From Nemertoderma westbladi (lineage: Eukaryota > Animalia > Xenacoelomorpha): a stretch of 34,496 bases of DNA. The translations under genes were made by a program, and so were the position numbers. The stretch covers positions 1 through 34,496 of the forward strand of contig JAUCBJ010003958.1 in NCBI GenBank assembly GCA_032718475.1, read 5' to 3'. The notes under the pieces were generated by a model. That model worked only from the letters and a program-made list of their open reading frames with translations, was not told the origin of the DNA and did not search any database. The first letter of the stretch is position 1. The number at the start of each line of letters is the position of its first letter. This document shows positions 1-13,200 of this stretch, piece by piece.

Positions 1-268
1 GAGGAATGCCTGGGGGTGGAACACCTGGGGGTGGAACGCCAGGTGGTGGAGGTGCTGTAATTGTAGGAGGTGGTGTTCCTGGTGGTGGGACTTCCGTAGT
101 TGTGGTGGGGTGTGGGTAGCAACCTTCAGCCTCAACGCTAATATTTAATTTGTAATCCATGTTAAACATGAGAATCGTAACTTTAATTGCAGTAATCTCG
201 TGGAGGACTATTGGTAGACGGCTATTAATAGTATCAAACCGGAGAGCTGGTCTTTCAACATCGTAAAC
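1..268 (-). CDS. Internal exon of a host gene: beta-rich domain end followed by a Thr/Pro-rich (mucin/extensin-like) segment; runs off the window edge
   Basis: Minus-strand acceptor ttttctttttattacAG (AG = 270-269), then an open frame VYDVERPALRFDTINSRLPIVLHEITAIKVTILMFNMDYKLNISVEAEGCYPHPTTTTEVPPPGTPPPTITAPPPPGVPPPGVPPPGIP. Confidence 0.75.
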
Positions 269-506
269 CTGTAATAAAAAGAAAACCAGGAATAAATATT
301 AAAATTATTCTAGTTTATATGATCTGCATAAAATAGTTTGAAGTGTAATTTAATATAATGTATTTATTATAGGAAGGGTTCTAGGGGTCTTAACCTAGAA
401 TGATAAGTTTATTTTACCGAAAATAACTTATCTTTTATCGGCGCAATTGTAGGACTAATCCCATCACATGCGTACTTTTTAACCGGGTAGTGTACAAATT
501 CAGGTA

Positions 507-682
507 TCGCGTAATTTTTTTTGAAATTAATATCTCATATATCTCCAAACCACGTACGTGTTTCGACCTTACTGGGTCTCTTCAGCGTGGTGTCGGATTC
601 GAACCTGGGAACTCGAGGTGGAAGCCGAGTCAACAACCACTAGGCCACAGGTTCTTGAGATTAATTTCAAAGCCAGCTGCCA
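507..682 (-). mobile_element. tRNA-derived SINE-like / Penelope-associated short element with hammerhead, copy 1
   Basis: Minus strand has Pol III A box TGGCCTAGTGG (647-637) and B box GGTTCGAATCC (605-595), then a hammerhead core; inverted homolog of 1083-1267. Confidence 0.75.
549..591 (-). ncRNA. Minimal type I hammerhead ribozyme (copy 1)
   Basis: Minus strand reads accacg-CTGAAGA-Gacc-cagtaa-ggtC-GAAA-cacG-TA-cgtggt: conserved CUGANGA/GAAA core, 6-bp stem I, 4-bp stem II, vestigial stem III, GUA cleavage triplet. Confidence 0.8.
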
Positions 683-1082
683 AACACAGCTTGCCAACAC
701 ATTGTTACTATCAATAATAAAAAATCAGGGGCTAATAAAATGGCAGCATGACTGACAGGCATGTTGTCACCCGGACGACAGCCCACGGATTCCACTTTAA
801 AGTCTGCAACAACTCCGTTCCCTTCCATGCCTTAACCCCGGAATGCCATTGCAAGTTCTGCAAGCTCTCCTGCAGTGACCGCTACCACATACTTTCCTGC
901 AACCTCTGCCCGCCGCTGTCGGTCATCGCAGCAAACTAACCACAACGCCCCCCTACCCCCCCCCCCCCCCCCCCTCGCATATTACTGTACTTTTATATAC
1001 TGTACTGTATTGGTATATGTTTTTATATTGGTATACTGTATCTCATATTTACCCCGCCCGGGGTGTATCTATTAATATAAAA

Positions 1083-1267
1083 TGGCAGCAGGCTTTGAAA
1101 TGAATACTCCATATCTCAAGAACCTGTGGCCTACTGGTTGTTGTCTCGGCTTCCACCTCGAGGTCCCAGGTTCGAATCCGACACCACGCTGATGAGACCC
1201 AGTAAGGTCGAAACGCGTACGTGGTTTGGAGAGATATGAGATATTAATTTCAATAAAAATTGCACGA
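1083..1267 (+). mobile_element. tRNA-derived SINE-like / Penelope-associated short element with hammerhead, copy 2
   Basis: A box TGGCCTACTGG 1127-1137, B box GGTTCGAATCC 1169-1179, hammerhead 1183-1225; inverted homolog of 507-682. Confidence 0.75.
1183..1225 (+). ncRNA. Minimal type I hammerhead ribozyme (copy 2)
   Basis: accacg-CTGATGA-Gacc-cagtaa-ggtC-GAAA-cgcG-TA-cgtggt; palindromic ACGCGT in stem III; predicted cleavage after A1219. Confidence 0.85.
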
Positions 1268-1283
1268 TTCCGTATCCCTTTCA

Positions 1284-2840
1284 AGTTGATCTATATATGT
1301 TATGGCCGGTCGTCCACGACTACGCTTTCCATGAGTTGGTTGCCGCCAGAGAAGTAGATCTGGTATGACCTCGTCTTTACTTCGCCAGCAGTGCCCGCTG
1401 AATCTTAATCTGCGTTCACGCACGAAGGGTGGTTGATACAGGCGGTATTGTACCATAAAGCTCGGCGTTTGTCATGTGTTTTCTCCAGCTGATGTTTAGG
1501 GCTGCCCTTAGTAGTCTTGTGTAGCAACCATCAATTCGTTGTTCAAGTGATTTAGTCAGTGTCCAGGTCTCACCCCCGTATAAAAATACACTTTCCACTG
1601 TAGCTCGAAAGAACTTAGTCTTCAGGTGCCTGGAGAGATCTGATTTCCAGATGGTATCCATTTTTGATAGAGCTACCCAAGCCTTTGCTTTCCTAACTTC
1701 TATGTCCTTTTTGCTACTCTCTATCCATGATCCAAGGTACTGGAAGTCGTCGACCTTCCTTAGTTGATTATTATCAATGGTTGTCAAGTTTCCATCAACT
1801 TTAAAGGTCATGAATTCGGTCTTGGTAGCATTTATATGTAATCCAACCTCCTTAGCAGCCCTCTCCACTTTATTTAGTAGAAGCTGTGCATCTGCTAGCG
1901 TATTAGAGAGCAGGGCGATGTCATCCGCTAAGAAAAAATGTCATCTAATCCACTCGCTTTATTATTAGACATGCTTTTAATGCTTCTTTGGAGTTCGGCA
2001 GGTGTGAAGTCCCCTGTTTCTATAGGTAGTGTCTTGTCATATATTATGGTGTTATAGGTGTAACCCTTGATGTCTTCTGGGCCAATTTGCGCATTCAGGT
2101 CACCAGCAATGACTTTAACATTGTGTTTCGGAATGTCCTTTATAAGTCCAGTCAGATCTTCATAAAACTTGATAGCTTGTTCTGCCTCTGAGGCATTGGT
2201 TGGACTGTAGCAACATATAACTGTTGCCTTGGGATTCCCATCAAATGTTGCGATCAGAACCCTGGAATTTATAAATTCGATGTTGTTTAGGGTTTTAAGT
2301 GCAAATGGGCTTAGCAGAATTCCTACTCCACCAATTGATGCATTGGCCGAGTTTCTCACTGCTGAGCTTGTTACTAACGTCCATCCATTTCCAATGTCAT
2401 TGTACTTCATGGCAGTGTCTTCATGACAAATCCGATGTTCTTGGATGCAGATGATGTCGATGTTATATTCCATTGCCAGAGCGACAATGTCACCCTGTTT
2501 GGTATGTGCTTTCAGCGTGCGTGCGTTCATTGTAGCAATCTTTAGTGTCTTTTTACATTTCAACAGGTTGGTTCTTCTTTCTTCTCTGTCTTCTGTTCCA
2601 GTAGCCGATTTATCGACCCGAGCCTGGTTTACCACTGAGGGACGCGGTCCTTGTTGACCCGGGCGACGACCGAGCCGGTATTTCCCCTGGAGGGTTCTCA
2701 TACTCATATCTTTCAGTTGCGGGTGTAAACCGGTTGTGGTCGCAACTCCTACAAGCGACTTCGCAGTAGGTCGCCGTTGGTTGATTACCTTCCGCCGACC
2801 TTGTCAGCATGTCTAGCCGTTGGTTGATTACCTTCGGTTC
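1284..2840 (-). mobile_element. RTE-clade LINE, internally deleted pseudo-copy (APE endonuclease N-half, RT fragments, C-terminus)
   Basis: ORF 2707-1928 has APE motifs (LKIATMNARTL, DIICIQEHR, GGVGILLS, CYSPT, AGDLNAQIG) fused directly to ...IKSMSNNKASGLDDI. This is followed by ADDIALL...GLHINATKTEFM, FQYLGS and the RTE-type end RRLRFSGHCWR...RGRPAITYIDQLERD. Confidence 0.85.
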
Positions 2841-2844
2841 TTAT

Positions 2845-3600
2845 GGTTCCACGACCTTTACGGAACCCATTCTGATTTCCACTGAGCAGTCTCTCAATGG
2901 GATCCCTGATGCGATTTAATAGAATTCTATTGTATAGCTTTGCAGCAATCGAGATCAATGAGATTCCCCGAAAAGAACCATAGAGTGTTAGGTTGCCCTT
3001 CTTGGGAACTGGCACCAACTTATTTGTTTTCATTTCTTGTGGGACTCTTGTTGTTCGGTACATGTCTACTATGATGGGATAGATGAGCTTTAAACACAAA
3101 GGTATTTTAAAGACCTCAGGGGGAACACCATCTACTCGACTGGCACGATTGGTCTTAATGCTCTTTGCAGCAGCCTTCACTTCTGCAAAGGAGATATCGC
3201 CAATGGGAATATCTGGATATCTGGGAGTACAGACTCAGACACTTTTACTTCTATAAAGTTATCAGGCAATACCCTGTCATTATTGAGGAGCTTTTCAAAG
3301 TGGGCTTTCCAACCATTGAGGCGATCGGCTGGTGATTCAGCCTTAACCTTGGTGGTTGGTTGGCTTTTCCCCCCAGTAAGCAAATTGATCGATTTCCATG
3401 CCTGGGATGATTGCCTGCTGTCGTCAGCATCATTGATTGCATCAACCTGTTGGTTTATTAGCTCCTGTAGATTAACAGAGTACAGAGTGCAGCCTTAACT
3501 GCATTCTTGGCCGCTGTAGTCCGTTTGAGTCGGGACTCTTTCTGCGCCTTATGAAGGTAATTTCGGCACTTCTGAATTTTGGAACTACAGCCCTGCTGCC
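2845..3600 (-). mobile_element. Second, different RTE-like LINE fragment (tether and RT N-terminal domains), frameshifted
   Basis: WKAHFEKLLN, PVPKKGNL, FRGISLISIAAKLYNRILLNRI and QNGFRKGRGT in ORFs 3383-3177 and 3180-2785; upstream boundary approximate. Confidence 0.8.
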
Positions 3601-3838
3601 GACTGTAGGGGTCCTTTTGTTACACCTTGAACCAAGTGTGCCTCCTGGGTTAGGTTACCTAACACTGGTAGAGGAGCATCCAGTATAGACAGAGCGGGCA
3701 TATATCATCTCTATTATTGCAGATGCGTATCAAGCCTTTGCATTCGATGGTGCCCTAGGCGCTATAGCCCTCAATGACATATTTAGTTGACTATATATAT
3801 TATATTCTATATTTATCTCTATATATAATAATATTTAC

Positions 3839-3995
3839 CTTGACTGTTTGTATATATCCCTCGTCATCTGAAGGCTGATAAGGGATTTCTGTTGGTGGCA
3901 GCTCTCGACTCAATTCAAACCACTCGTTGTCAGCCCTCGAGAAAGCTAATGACACACGAAGGTGATCCTGGTCGTTGTTGAATTTAATTTTAAAA
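3839..3995 (-). CDS. Probable internal exon of the same host gene
   Basis: Acceptor ttttgtattttttaAG (3997-3996) and donor AAG/GTAAAT (GT = 3838-3837). The 157-nt exon encodes FKIKFNNDQDHLRVSLAFSRADNEWFELSRELPPTEIPYQPSDDEGYIQTVK and ends in phase 0, matching the phase-0 start of exon 268-1. Confidence 0.65.
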
Positions 3996-4272
3996 CTTAA
4001 AAAATACAAAATTTTATGTTATTATTTATACAATAATAATTTTCCGCCAAACCAAAATAATTGCGACACATACAAATACTCAATCTTCTAAATTTACTTT
4101 ACAGCTATACATTACCCGGCGGTTTACTTTGAATATTTAGATCAAGTCACATGGAATAAATTCTCAAACTCAAAATTAGAATTACATTTGAAAAGTCATT
4201 CATCCTATTTAATTCATTATACTATGTTTTTATAAATAATTAACTAGAGTCTAGTCTCGAGAAATCGAATAA

Positions 4273-7200
4273 GTGGAACAAAGTTCGCAACTACAGTATT
4301 GGAATAAAGTTCGCAACTACAGTATTGGAATACTGTTCGCAACTACAGAATTGGAATACTGTTCGCAACTACAGTATTGGAGTTCGCAACTACAGTATTG
4401 GAATAAAGTTCGCAACTACAGTATTGGAATAAAGTTCACAACTACAGTATTGGAATAAAGTTCACAACTACAGTATTGGAATAAAGTTCGCAACTACAGT
4501 ATTGGAATACTGTTCGCAACTACAGAATTGGAATACTGTTCGCAACTACAGTATTGGAGTTCGCAACTACAGTATTGGAATAAAGTTCGCAACTACAGTA
4601 TTGGAATAAAGTTCACAACTGCAGTATTGGAATAAAGTTCGCAACTACAGTATTGGAATACTGTTCGCAACTACAGTATTGAAATACTGTTCGCAACTAC
4701 AGTATTGGAGTTCGCAACTACAGTATTGGAATAAAGTTCGCAACTACAGTATTGGAATAAAGTTCGCAACTACAGTATTGGAATAAAGTTCGCAACTACA
4801 GTATTGGAATAAAGTTCGCAACTACAGTATTGGAATACTGTTCGCAACTACAGAATTGGAATACTGTTCGCAACTACAGTATTGGAATAAAGTTCGCAAC
4901 TACAGAAATGGAATACTGTTCGCAACTACAGAATTGGAATACTGTTCGCAACTACAGTATTGGAATAAAGTTCGCAACTACAGAAATGGAATACTGTTCG
5001 CAACTACAGAATTGGAATACTGTTCGCAACTACAGTATTGGAATAAAGTTCACAACTGCAGAATTGGAATACTGTTCGCAACTACAGTATTGGAATACAG
5101 TTCACAACTACAGAATTGGAACACTGTTCGCAACTACAGAATTGGAATACTGTTCGCAACTACAGAAATGGAATACTGTTCGCAACTACAGTATTGGAAT
5201 AAAGTTCACAACTAACAGAATTGGAATACTGTTCGCAACTACAGAATTGGCATACTGTTCGCAACTAACAGAATTGGAATACTGTTCGCAACTACAGTAT
5301 TGGAATACTGTTCGCAACTACAGAATTGGAATACTGTTCGCAACTACAGTATTGGAGTTCGCAACTACAGTATTGGAATAAAGTTCGCAACTACAGTATT
5401 GGAGTTCGCAACTACAGTATTGGAATAAAGTTCACAACTACAGAATTGGAATACTGTTCGCAACTACAGTATTGGAGTTCGCAACTACAGTATTGGAATA
5501 AAGTTCACAACTAACAGAATTGGAATACTGTTCGCAACTACAGAATTGGCATACTGTTCGCAACTAACAGAATTGGAATACTGTTCGCAACTACAGTATT
5601 GGAATAAAGTTCACAACTAACAGAATTGGAATACTGTTCGCAACTACAGAATTGGCATACTGTTCGCAACTAACAGAATTGGCATACTGTTCGCAACTAA
5701 CAGAATTGGAATACAGTTCACAACTACAGAATTGGAACACTGTTCGCAACTACAGAATTGGAATACTGTTCGCAACTACAGAAATGGAATACTGTTCGCA
5801 ACTACAGTATTGGAATAAAGTTCACAACTAACAGAATTGGAATACTGTTCGCAACTACAGAATTGGCATACTGTTCGCAACTAACAGAATTGGAATACTG
5901 TTCGCAACTACAGTATTGGAATACTGTTCGCAACTACAGAATTGGAATACTGTTCGCAACTACAGTATTGGAGTTCGCAACTACAGTATTGGAATAAAGT
6001 TCGCAACTACAGTATTGGAGTTCGCAACTACAGTATTGGAATAAAGTTCACAACTACAGAATTGGAATACTGTTCGCAACTACAGTATTGGAGTTCGCAA
6101 CTACAGTATTGGAATAAAGTTCACAACTAACAGAATTGGAATACTGTTCGCAACTACAGAATTGGCATACTGTTCGCAACTAACAGAATTGGAATACTGT
6201 TCGCAACTACAGTATTGGAATAAAGTTCACAACTAACAGAATTGGAATACTGTTCGCAACTACAGAATTGGCATACTGTTCGCAACTAACAGAATTGGCA
6301 TACTGTTCGCAACTAACAGAATTGGAATACTGTTCGCAACTACAGTATTGGAATACTGTTCGCAACTACAGAATTGGAATACTGTTCGCAACTACAGTAT
6401 TGGAATACTGTTCACAACTACAGTATTGGAATACTGTTCGCAACTACAGTATTGGAATACTGTTCGCAACTACAGAATTGGAGTTCGCAACTACAGTATT
6501 GGAATAAAGTTCGCAACTACAGTATTGGAATAAAGTTCGCAACTACAGTATTGGAATAAAGTTCGCAACTACAGTATTGGAATAAAGTTCGCAACTACAG
6601 TATTGGAATAAAGTTCGCAACTACAGTATTGGAATACTGTTCGCAACTACAGAATTGGAATACTGTTCGCAACTACAGTATTGGAATAAAGTTCGCAACT
6701 ACAGAAATGGAATACTGTTCGCAACTACAGAATTGGAATACTGTTCGCAACTACAGTATTGGAATAAAGTTCACAACTGCAGAATTGGAATACTGTTCGC
6801 AACTACAGTATTGAAATACAGTTCACAACTACAGAATTGGAACACTGTTCGCAACTACAGAATTGGAATACTGTTCGCAACTACAGAAATGGAATACTGT
6901 TCGCAACTACAGTATTGGAATACAGTTCACAACTACAGAATTGGAACACTGTTCGCAACTACAGAATTGGCATACTGTTCGCAACTAACAGAATTGGAAT
7001 ACTGTTCGCAACTACAGTATTGGAATAAAGTTCACAACTACAGAATTGGAATACTGTTCGCAACTACAGTATTGGAATAAAGTTCACAACTACAGAATTG
7101 GAATATGGTTCGCAACTACAGAATTGGAATAATGTTCGCAACTACAGAATTTGAATACTGTTCGCAACTACAGAAATGGAATACTGTTCGCAACTACAGT

Positions 7201-10200
7201 ATTGGAATAAAGTTCACAACTACAGAATTGGAATACAGTTCGCAACTACAGTATTGGAATAAAGTTCACAACTACAGAATTGGAATACTGTTCGCAACTA
7301 CAGTATTGGAATACTGTTCGCAACTACAGTATTGGAATATGGTTCGCAACTACAGAATTGGAATAATGTTCACAACTACAGATTTGGAATACTGTTCGCA
7401 ACTACAGAAATGGAATACTGTTCGCAACTACAGTATTGGAATAAAGTTCACAACTACAGAATTGGAATACAGTTCCCAACTACAGTATTGGAATAAAGTT
7501 CACAACTACAGAATTGGAATACTGTTCGCAACTACAGTATTGGAATACTGTTCGCAACTACAGTATTGGAATAAAGTTCACAACTACAGAATTGGAATAC
7601 TGTTCGCAACTACAGTATTGGAATACTGTTCGCAACTACAGTATTGGAATACTGTTCGCAACTACAGTATTGGAATAAAGTTCGCAATTACAGTATTGGA
7701 ATAAAGTTCACAACTACACAATTGGAATAATGTTCGCAACTACAGAATCGGAATACTGTTCGCAACTACAGAATTGGAATACTGTTCGCAACTACAGAAT
7801 TGGAATACTGTTCGCAACTACAGTATTGGAATACTGTTCGCAACTACAGTATTGGAATAAAGTTCACAACTACAGAATTGGAATACTGTTCGCAACTACA
7901 GTATTGGAATACTGTTCGCAACTACAGTATTGGAATAAAGTTCGCAATTACAGTATTGGAATAAAGTTCACAACTACACAATTGGAATAATGTTCGCAAC
8001 TACAGAATCGGAATACTGTTCGCAACTACAGAATTGGAATACTGTTCGCAACTACAGAATTGGAATACTGTTCGCACAACTACAGAATTGGAATACTGTT
8101 CGCAACTACAGTATTGGAATACTGTTTCGCAACTACAGTATTGGAATACTGTTCGCAACTACAGTATTGGAGTTCACAACTACAGAATTGGAATACTGTT
8201 CGCAACTACAGTATTGGAATAAAGTTCACAACTACAGAATCAGAATACTGTTCGCAACTACAGAAATGGAATACTGTTCGCAACTACAGAAATGGAATAC
8301 TGTTCGCAACTACAGAAATGGAATACTGTTCGCAACTACATTATTGGAATAAAGTTCACAACTACAGAATCAGAATACTGTTCGCAACTACAGTATTGGA
8401 GATCGTAACTATAGTATGGGAATAAAGTTTACAACTACAGAATCGGAATACTGTTCGCAACTACAGTATTGGAATACTGTTCGCAACTACAGTATTGGAA
8501 TAATGTTCGCAACTACAGTATTGGAATAAAGTTCGCAATTACAGTATTGGAATACTGTCCGCAACTACAGTATTGGAATTCTGTTCGCAACTACAGTATT
8601 GGAATACAGTTCAAAACTACAGTATTGGAGTTCGCAACTACAGAATTGGAATACTGTTCGCAACTACAAAATTGGAATACTGTTCGCAACTACAGAAATG
8701 GAATACTGTTCGCAACTACAGTATTGGAATACTGTTCGCAACTACAGTATTGGAATACTGTTCGCAACTACAGAATTGGAATACAGTTCGCAACTCAGAA
8801 TTGGATTACTGTTCGCAACTACATTATTGGAATAAAGTTCACAACTACAGAATCAGAATACTGTTCGCAACTACAGTATTGGAGATCGTAACTATAGTAT
8901 GGGAATAAAGTTTACAACTACAGAATCGGAATACTGTTCGCAACTACAGTATTGGAATACTGTTCGCAACTACAGTATTGGAATAATGTTCGCAACTACA
9001 GTATTGGAATAAAGTTCGCAATTACAGTATTGGAATACTGTCCGCAACTACAGTATTGGAATTCTGTTCGCAACTACAGTATTGGAATACAGTTCAAAAC
9101 TACAGTATTGGAGTTCGCAACTACAGAATTGGAATACTGTTCGCAACTACAAAATTGGAATACTGTTCGCAACTACAGAAATGGAATACTGTTCGCAACT
9201 ACAGTATTGGAATACTGTTCGCAACTACAGTATTGGAATACTGTTCGCAACTACAGAATTGGAATACAGTTCGCAACTCAGAATTGGATTACTGTTCGCA
9301 ACTACAGAATTTGGAATACTGTTCGCAACTACAGTATTGGAATAAAGTTCGCAATTACATTATTGGAATAAAGTTCACAACTACACAATTGGAATACTGT
9401 TCGCAACTCAGAATTGGAATACTGTTCGCAACTACAGTATTGGAATACTGTTCGCAACTACAGTATTGGAATAAAGTTCGCAATTACAGAATTGGAATAT
9501 TGTTCGCAACTACAGTATTGGAGTTCGCAACTACAGTATTGGAATACTGTTCGCAACTACAGAAATGGAATACTGTTCGCAACTACAGTATTGGAATAAA
9601 GTTCGCAACTACAGTATTGGAATACTGTTCGCATCTACAGTATTGGAATACTGTTCGCAACTACAGTATTGGAATACTGTTCGCAACTACAGAATTGGAA
9701 TAAAGTTCACAACTACAGAATTGGAATAAAGTTCGCAATTACAGTATTGGAATAAAGTTCACAACTACAGAATCGGAATACTGTTCGCAACTACAGAATT
9801 GGAATACTGTTCGCAACTACAGTATTGGAATAAAGTTCGCAATTACAGAATTGGAATACTGTTCGCAACTACAGTATTGGAGTTCGCAACTACAGAATTG
9901 GAATACAGTTCACAACTACAGAATTGGAATAATGTTCGCAACTACAGTATTGGAATACTGTTCGCAACTACAGAATTGGAATACTGTTCGCAACTACAGT
10001 ATTGGAATACTGTTTCGCAACTACAGTATTGGAATACTGTTCGCAACTACAGTATTGGAGTTCACAACTACAGAATTGGAATACAGTTCGCAACTACAGT
10101 ATTGGAATAAAGTTCACAACTACAGAATTGGAATACTGTTCGCAACTACAGAATTGGAATACTGTTCGCAACTACAGTATTGGAATACTGTTTCGCAACT

Positions 10201-13200
10201 ACAGTATTGGAATACTGTTCGCAACTACAGTATTGGAGTTCACAACTACAGAATTGGAATACTGTTCGCAACTACAGTATTGGAATACTGTTCGCAACTA
10301 CAGAATTGGAATACTGTTCGCAACTACAGTATTGGAATACTGTTTCGCAACTACAGTATTGGAATACTGTTCGCAACTACAGTATTGGAGTTCACAACTA
10401 CAGAATTGGAATACAGTTCGCAACTACAGTATTGGAATAAAGTTCACAACTACAGAATTGGAATACTGTTCACAACTACAGAATTGGAATACTGTTCGCA
10501 ACTACAGTATTGGAATACTGTTCGCAACTACAGAATTGGAATACTGTTCGCAACTACAGTATTGGAATACTGTTTCGCAACTACAGTATTGGAATACTGT
10601 TCGCAACTACAGTATTGGAGTTCACAACTACAGAATTGGAATACAGTTCGCAACTACAGTATTGGAATAAAGTTCACAACTACAGAATTGGAATACTGTT
10701 CGCAACTACAGAATTGGAATACTGTTCGCACAACTACAGAATTGGAATACTGTTCGCAACTACAGTATTGGAATACTGTTTCGCAACTACAGTATTGGAA
10801 TACTGTTCGCAACTACAGTATTGGAGTTCACAACTACAGAATTGGAATACAGTTCGCAACTACAGTATTGGAATAAAGTTCACAACTACAGAATTGGAAT
10901 ACTGTTCGCAACTACAGAATTGGAATACTGTTCGCACAACTACAGAATTGGAATACTGTTCGCAACTACAGTATTGGAATACTGTTTCGCAACTACAGTA
11001 TTGGAGTTCACAACTACAGAATTGGAATACAGTTCGCAACTACAGTATTGGAATAAAGTTCACAACTACAGAATTGGAATACTGTTCGCAACTACAGAAT
11101 TGGAATACTGTTCGCACAACTACAGAATTGGAATACTGTTCGCAACTACAGTATTGGAATACTGTTCGCAACTACAGTATTGGAGTTCACAACTACAGAA
11201 TTGGAATACAGTTCGCAACTACAGTATTGGAATAAAGTTCACAACTACAGAATTGGAATACTGTTCGCAACTACAGAATTGGAATACTGTTCGCACAACT
11301 ACAGAATTGGAATACTGTTCGCAACTACAGTATTGGAATACTGTTTCGCAACTACAGTATTGGAATACTGTTCGCAACTACAGTATTGGAGTTCACAACT
11401 ACAGAATTGGAATACAGTTCGCAACTACAGTATTGGAATAAAGTTCACAACTACAGAATTGGAATACTGTTCGCAACTACAGTATTGGAATACTCTTCGC
11501 AACTACAGTATTGGAATACTGTTCGCAACTACAGAATTGGAATAAAGTTCGCAATTACAGTATTGGAATACTGATCGCAACTACAGTATTGGAATATGGT
11601 TCGCAACTACAGAATTGGAATACTGTTCGCAACTACAGTATTGGAATAAAGTTCGCAATTACAGTATTGGAATAAAGTTCACAACTACAGAATCGGAATA
11701 CTGTTCGCAACTACAGAATTTGGAATACTGTTCGCAACTACAGTATTGGAATACTGTTCGCAACTACAGTATTGGAATACTGTTCGCAACTCAGAATTGG
11801 AATACTGTTCGCAACTACAGTATTGGTATAAAGTTCGCAATTACAGTATTGGAATAAAGTTCACAACTACAGAATCGGAATACTGTTCGCAACTACAGTA
11901 TTGGAATAAAGTTCGCAACTACAGTATTGGAATACTGTTCGCAACTACAGAATTTGGAATACTGTTCGCAACTACAGTATTGGAATAAAGTTCGCAATTA
12001 CAGTATTGGAATAAAGTTCACAACTACACAATTGGAATACTGTTCGCAACTACAGTATTGGAATAAAGTTCGCAACTACAGTATTGGAATACTGTTTGCA
12101 ACTACAGAATTTGGAATACTGTTCGCAACTACAGTATTGGAATAAAGTTCGCAATTACAGTATTGGAATAAAGTTCACAACTACACAATTGGAATACTGT
12201 TCGCAACTACAGTATTGGAATACTGTTCGCAACTACAGAATTGGAATACTGTTCGCAACTACAGTATTGGAAAACTGTTCGCAACTACAGTATTGGAATA
12301 CTGTTCACAATTACAGTATTGGAGTTCGCAACTACAGTATTGGAATACTGTTCGCAACTACAGAAATGGAATACTGTTCCCAACTACAGCATTGGAATAA
12401 AGTTCGCAACTACAGAATTGGAATACTGTTCGCAACTACAGAATTGGAATAAAGTTCACAACTACAGAATTGGAATAAAGTTCGCAACTACAGTATTGGA
12501 ATACTGTTCGCAACTACAGAATTGGAATACTGTTCGCACAACTACAGAATTGGAATACTGTTCGCAACTACAGTATTGGAATACTGTTCGCAACTACAGA
12601 ATTGGAATAAAGTTCGCAATTACAGTATTGGAATACTGATCGCAACTACAGTATTGGAATACTGTTCGCAACTACAGTATTGGAATAAAGTTCGCAATTA
12701 CAGTATTGGAATACTGATCGCAACTACAGTATTGGAATACTGTTCGCAACTACAGTATTGGAATATGGTTCGCAACTACAGAATTGGAATAATGTTCGCA
12801 ACTACAGAATTGGAATACTGTTCGCAACTACAGAAATGGAATACTGTTCGCAACTACAGTATTGGAATAAAGTTCACAACTACAGAATTGGAATAAAGTT
12901 CACAACTACAGAATTGGAATACTGTTCGCAACTACAGAATTGGAATACAGTTCGCAACTACAGTATTGGAATAAAGTTCACAACTACAGAATTGGAATAC
13001 AGTTCGCAACTACAGTATTGGAATAAAGTTCACAACTACAGAATTGGAATACTGTTCGCAACTACAGTATTGGAATACTGATCGCAACTACAGTATTGGA
13101 ATAAAGTTCACAACTACAGAATCGGAATACTGTTCGCAACTACAGAATTTGGAATACTGTTCGCAACTACAGAAATGGAATACTGTACGCAACTACAGAA

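Noticed and set aside
1120-1190. Functional tRNA gene
   Set aside because: A and B boxes are present, but I could not form a proper acceptor stem, and the 3' end runs into the hammerhead.
2710-2840. HDV-like ribozyme in the RTE 5' UTR; 20-bp direct repeat gccgttggttgattaccttc (2773-2792, 2816-2835)
   Set aside because: No convincing double pseudoknot found; the repeat is most simply a 5'-junction duplication.
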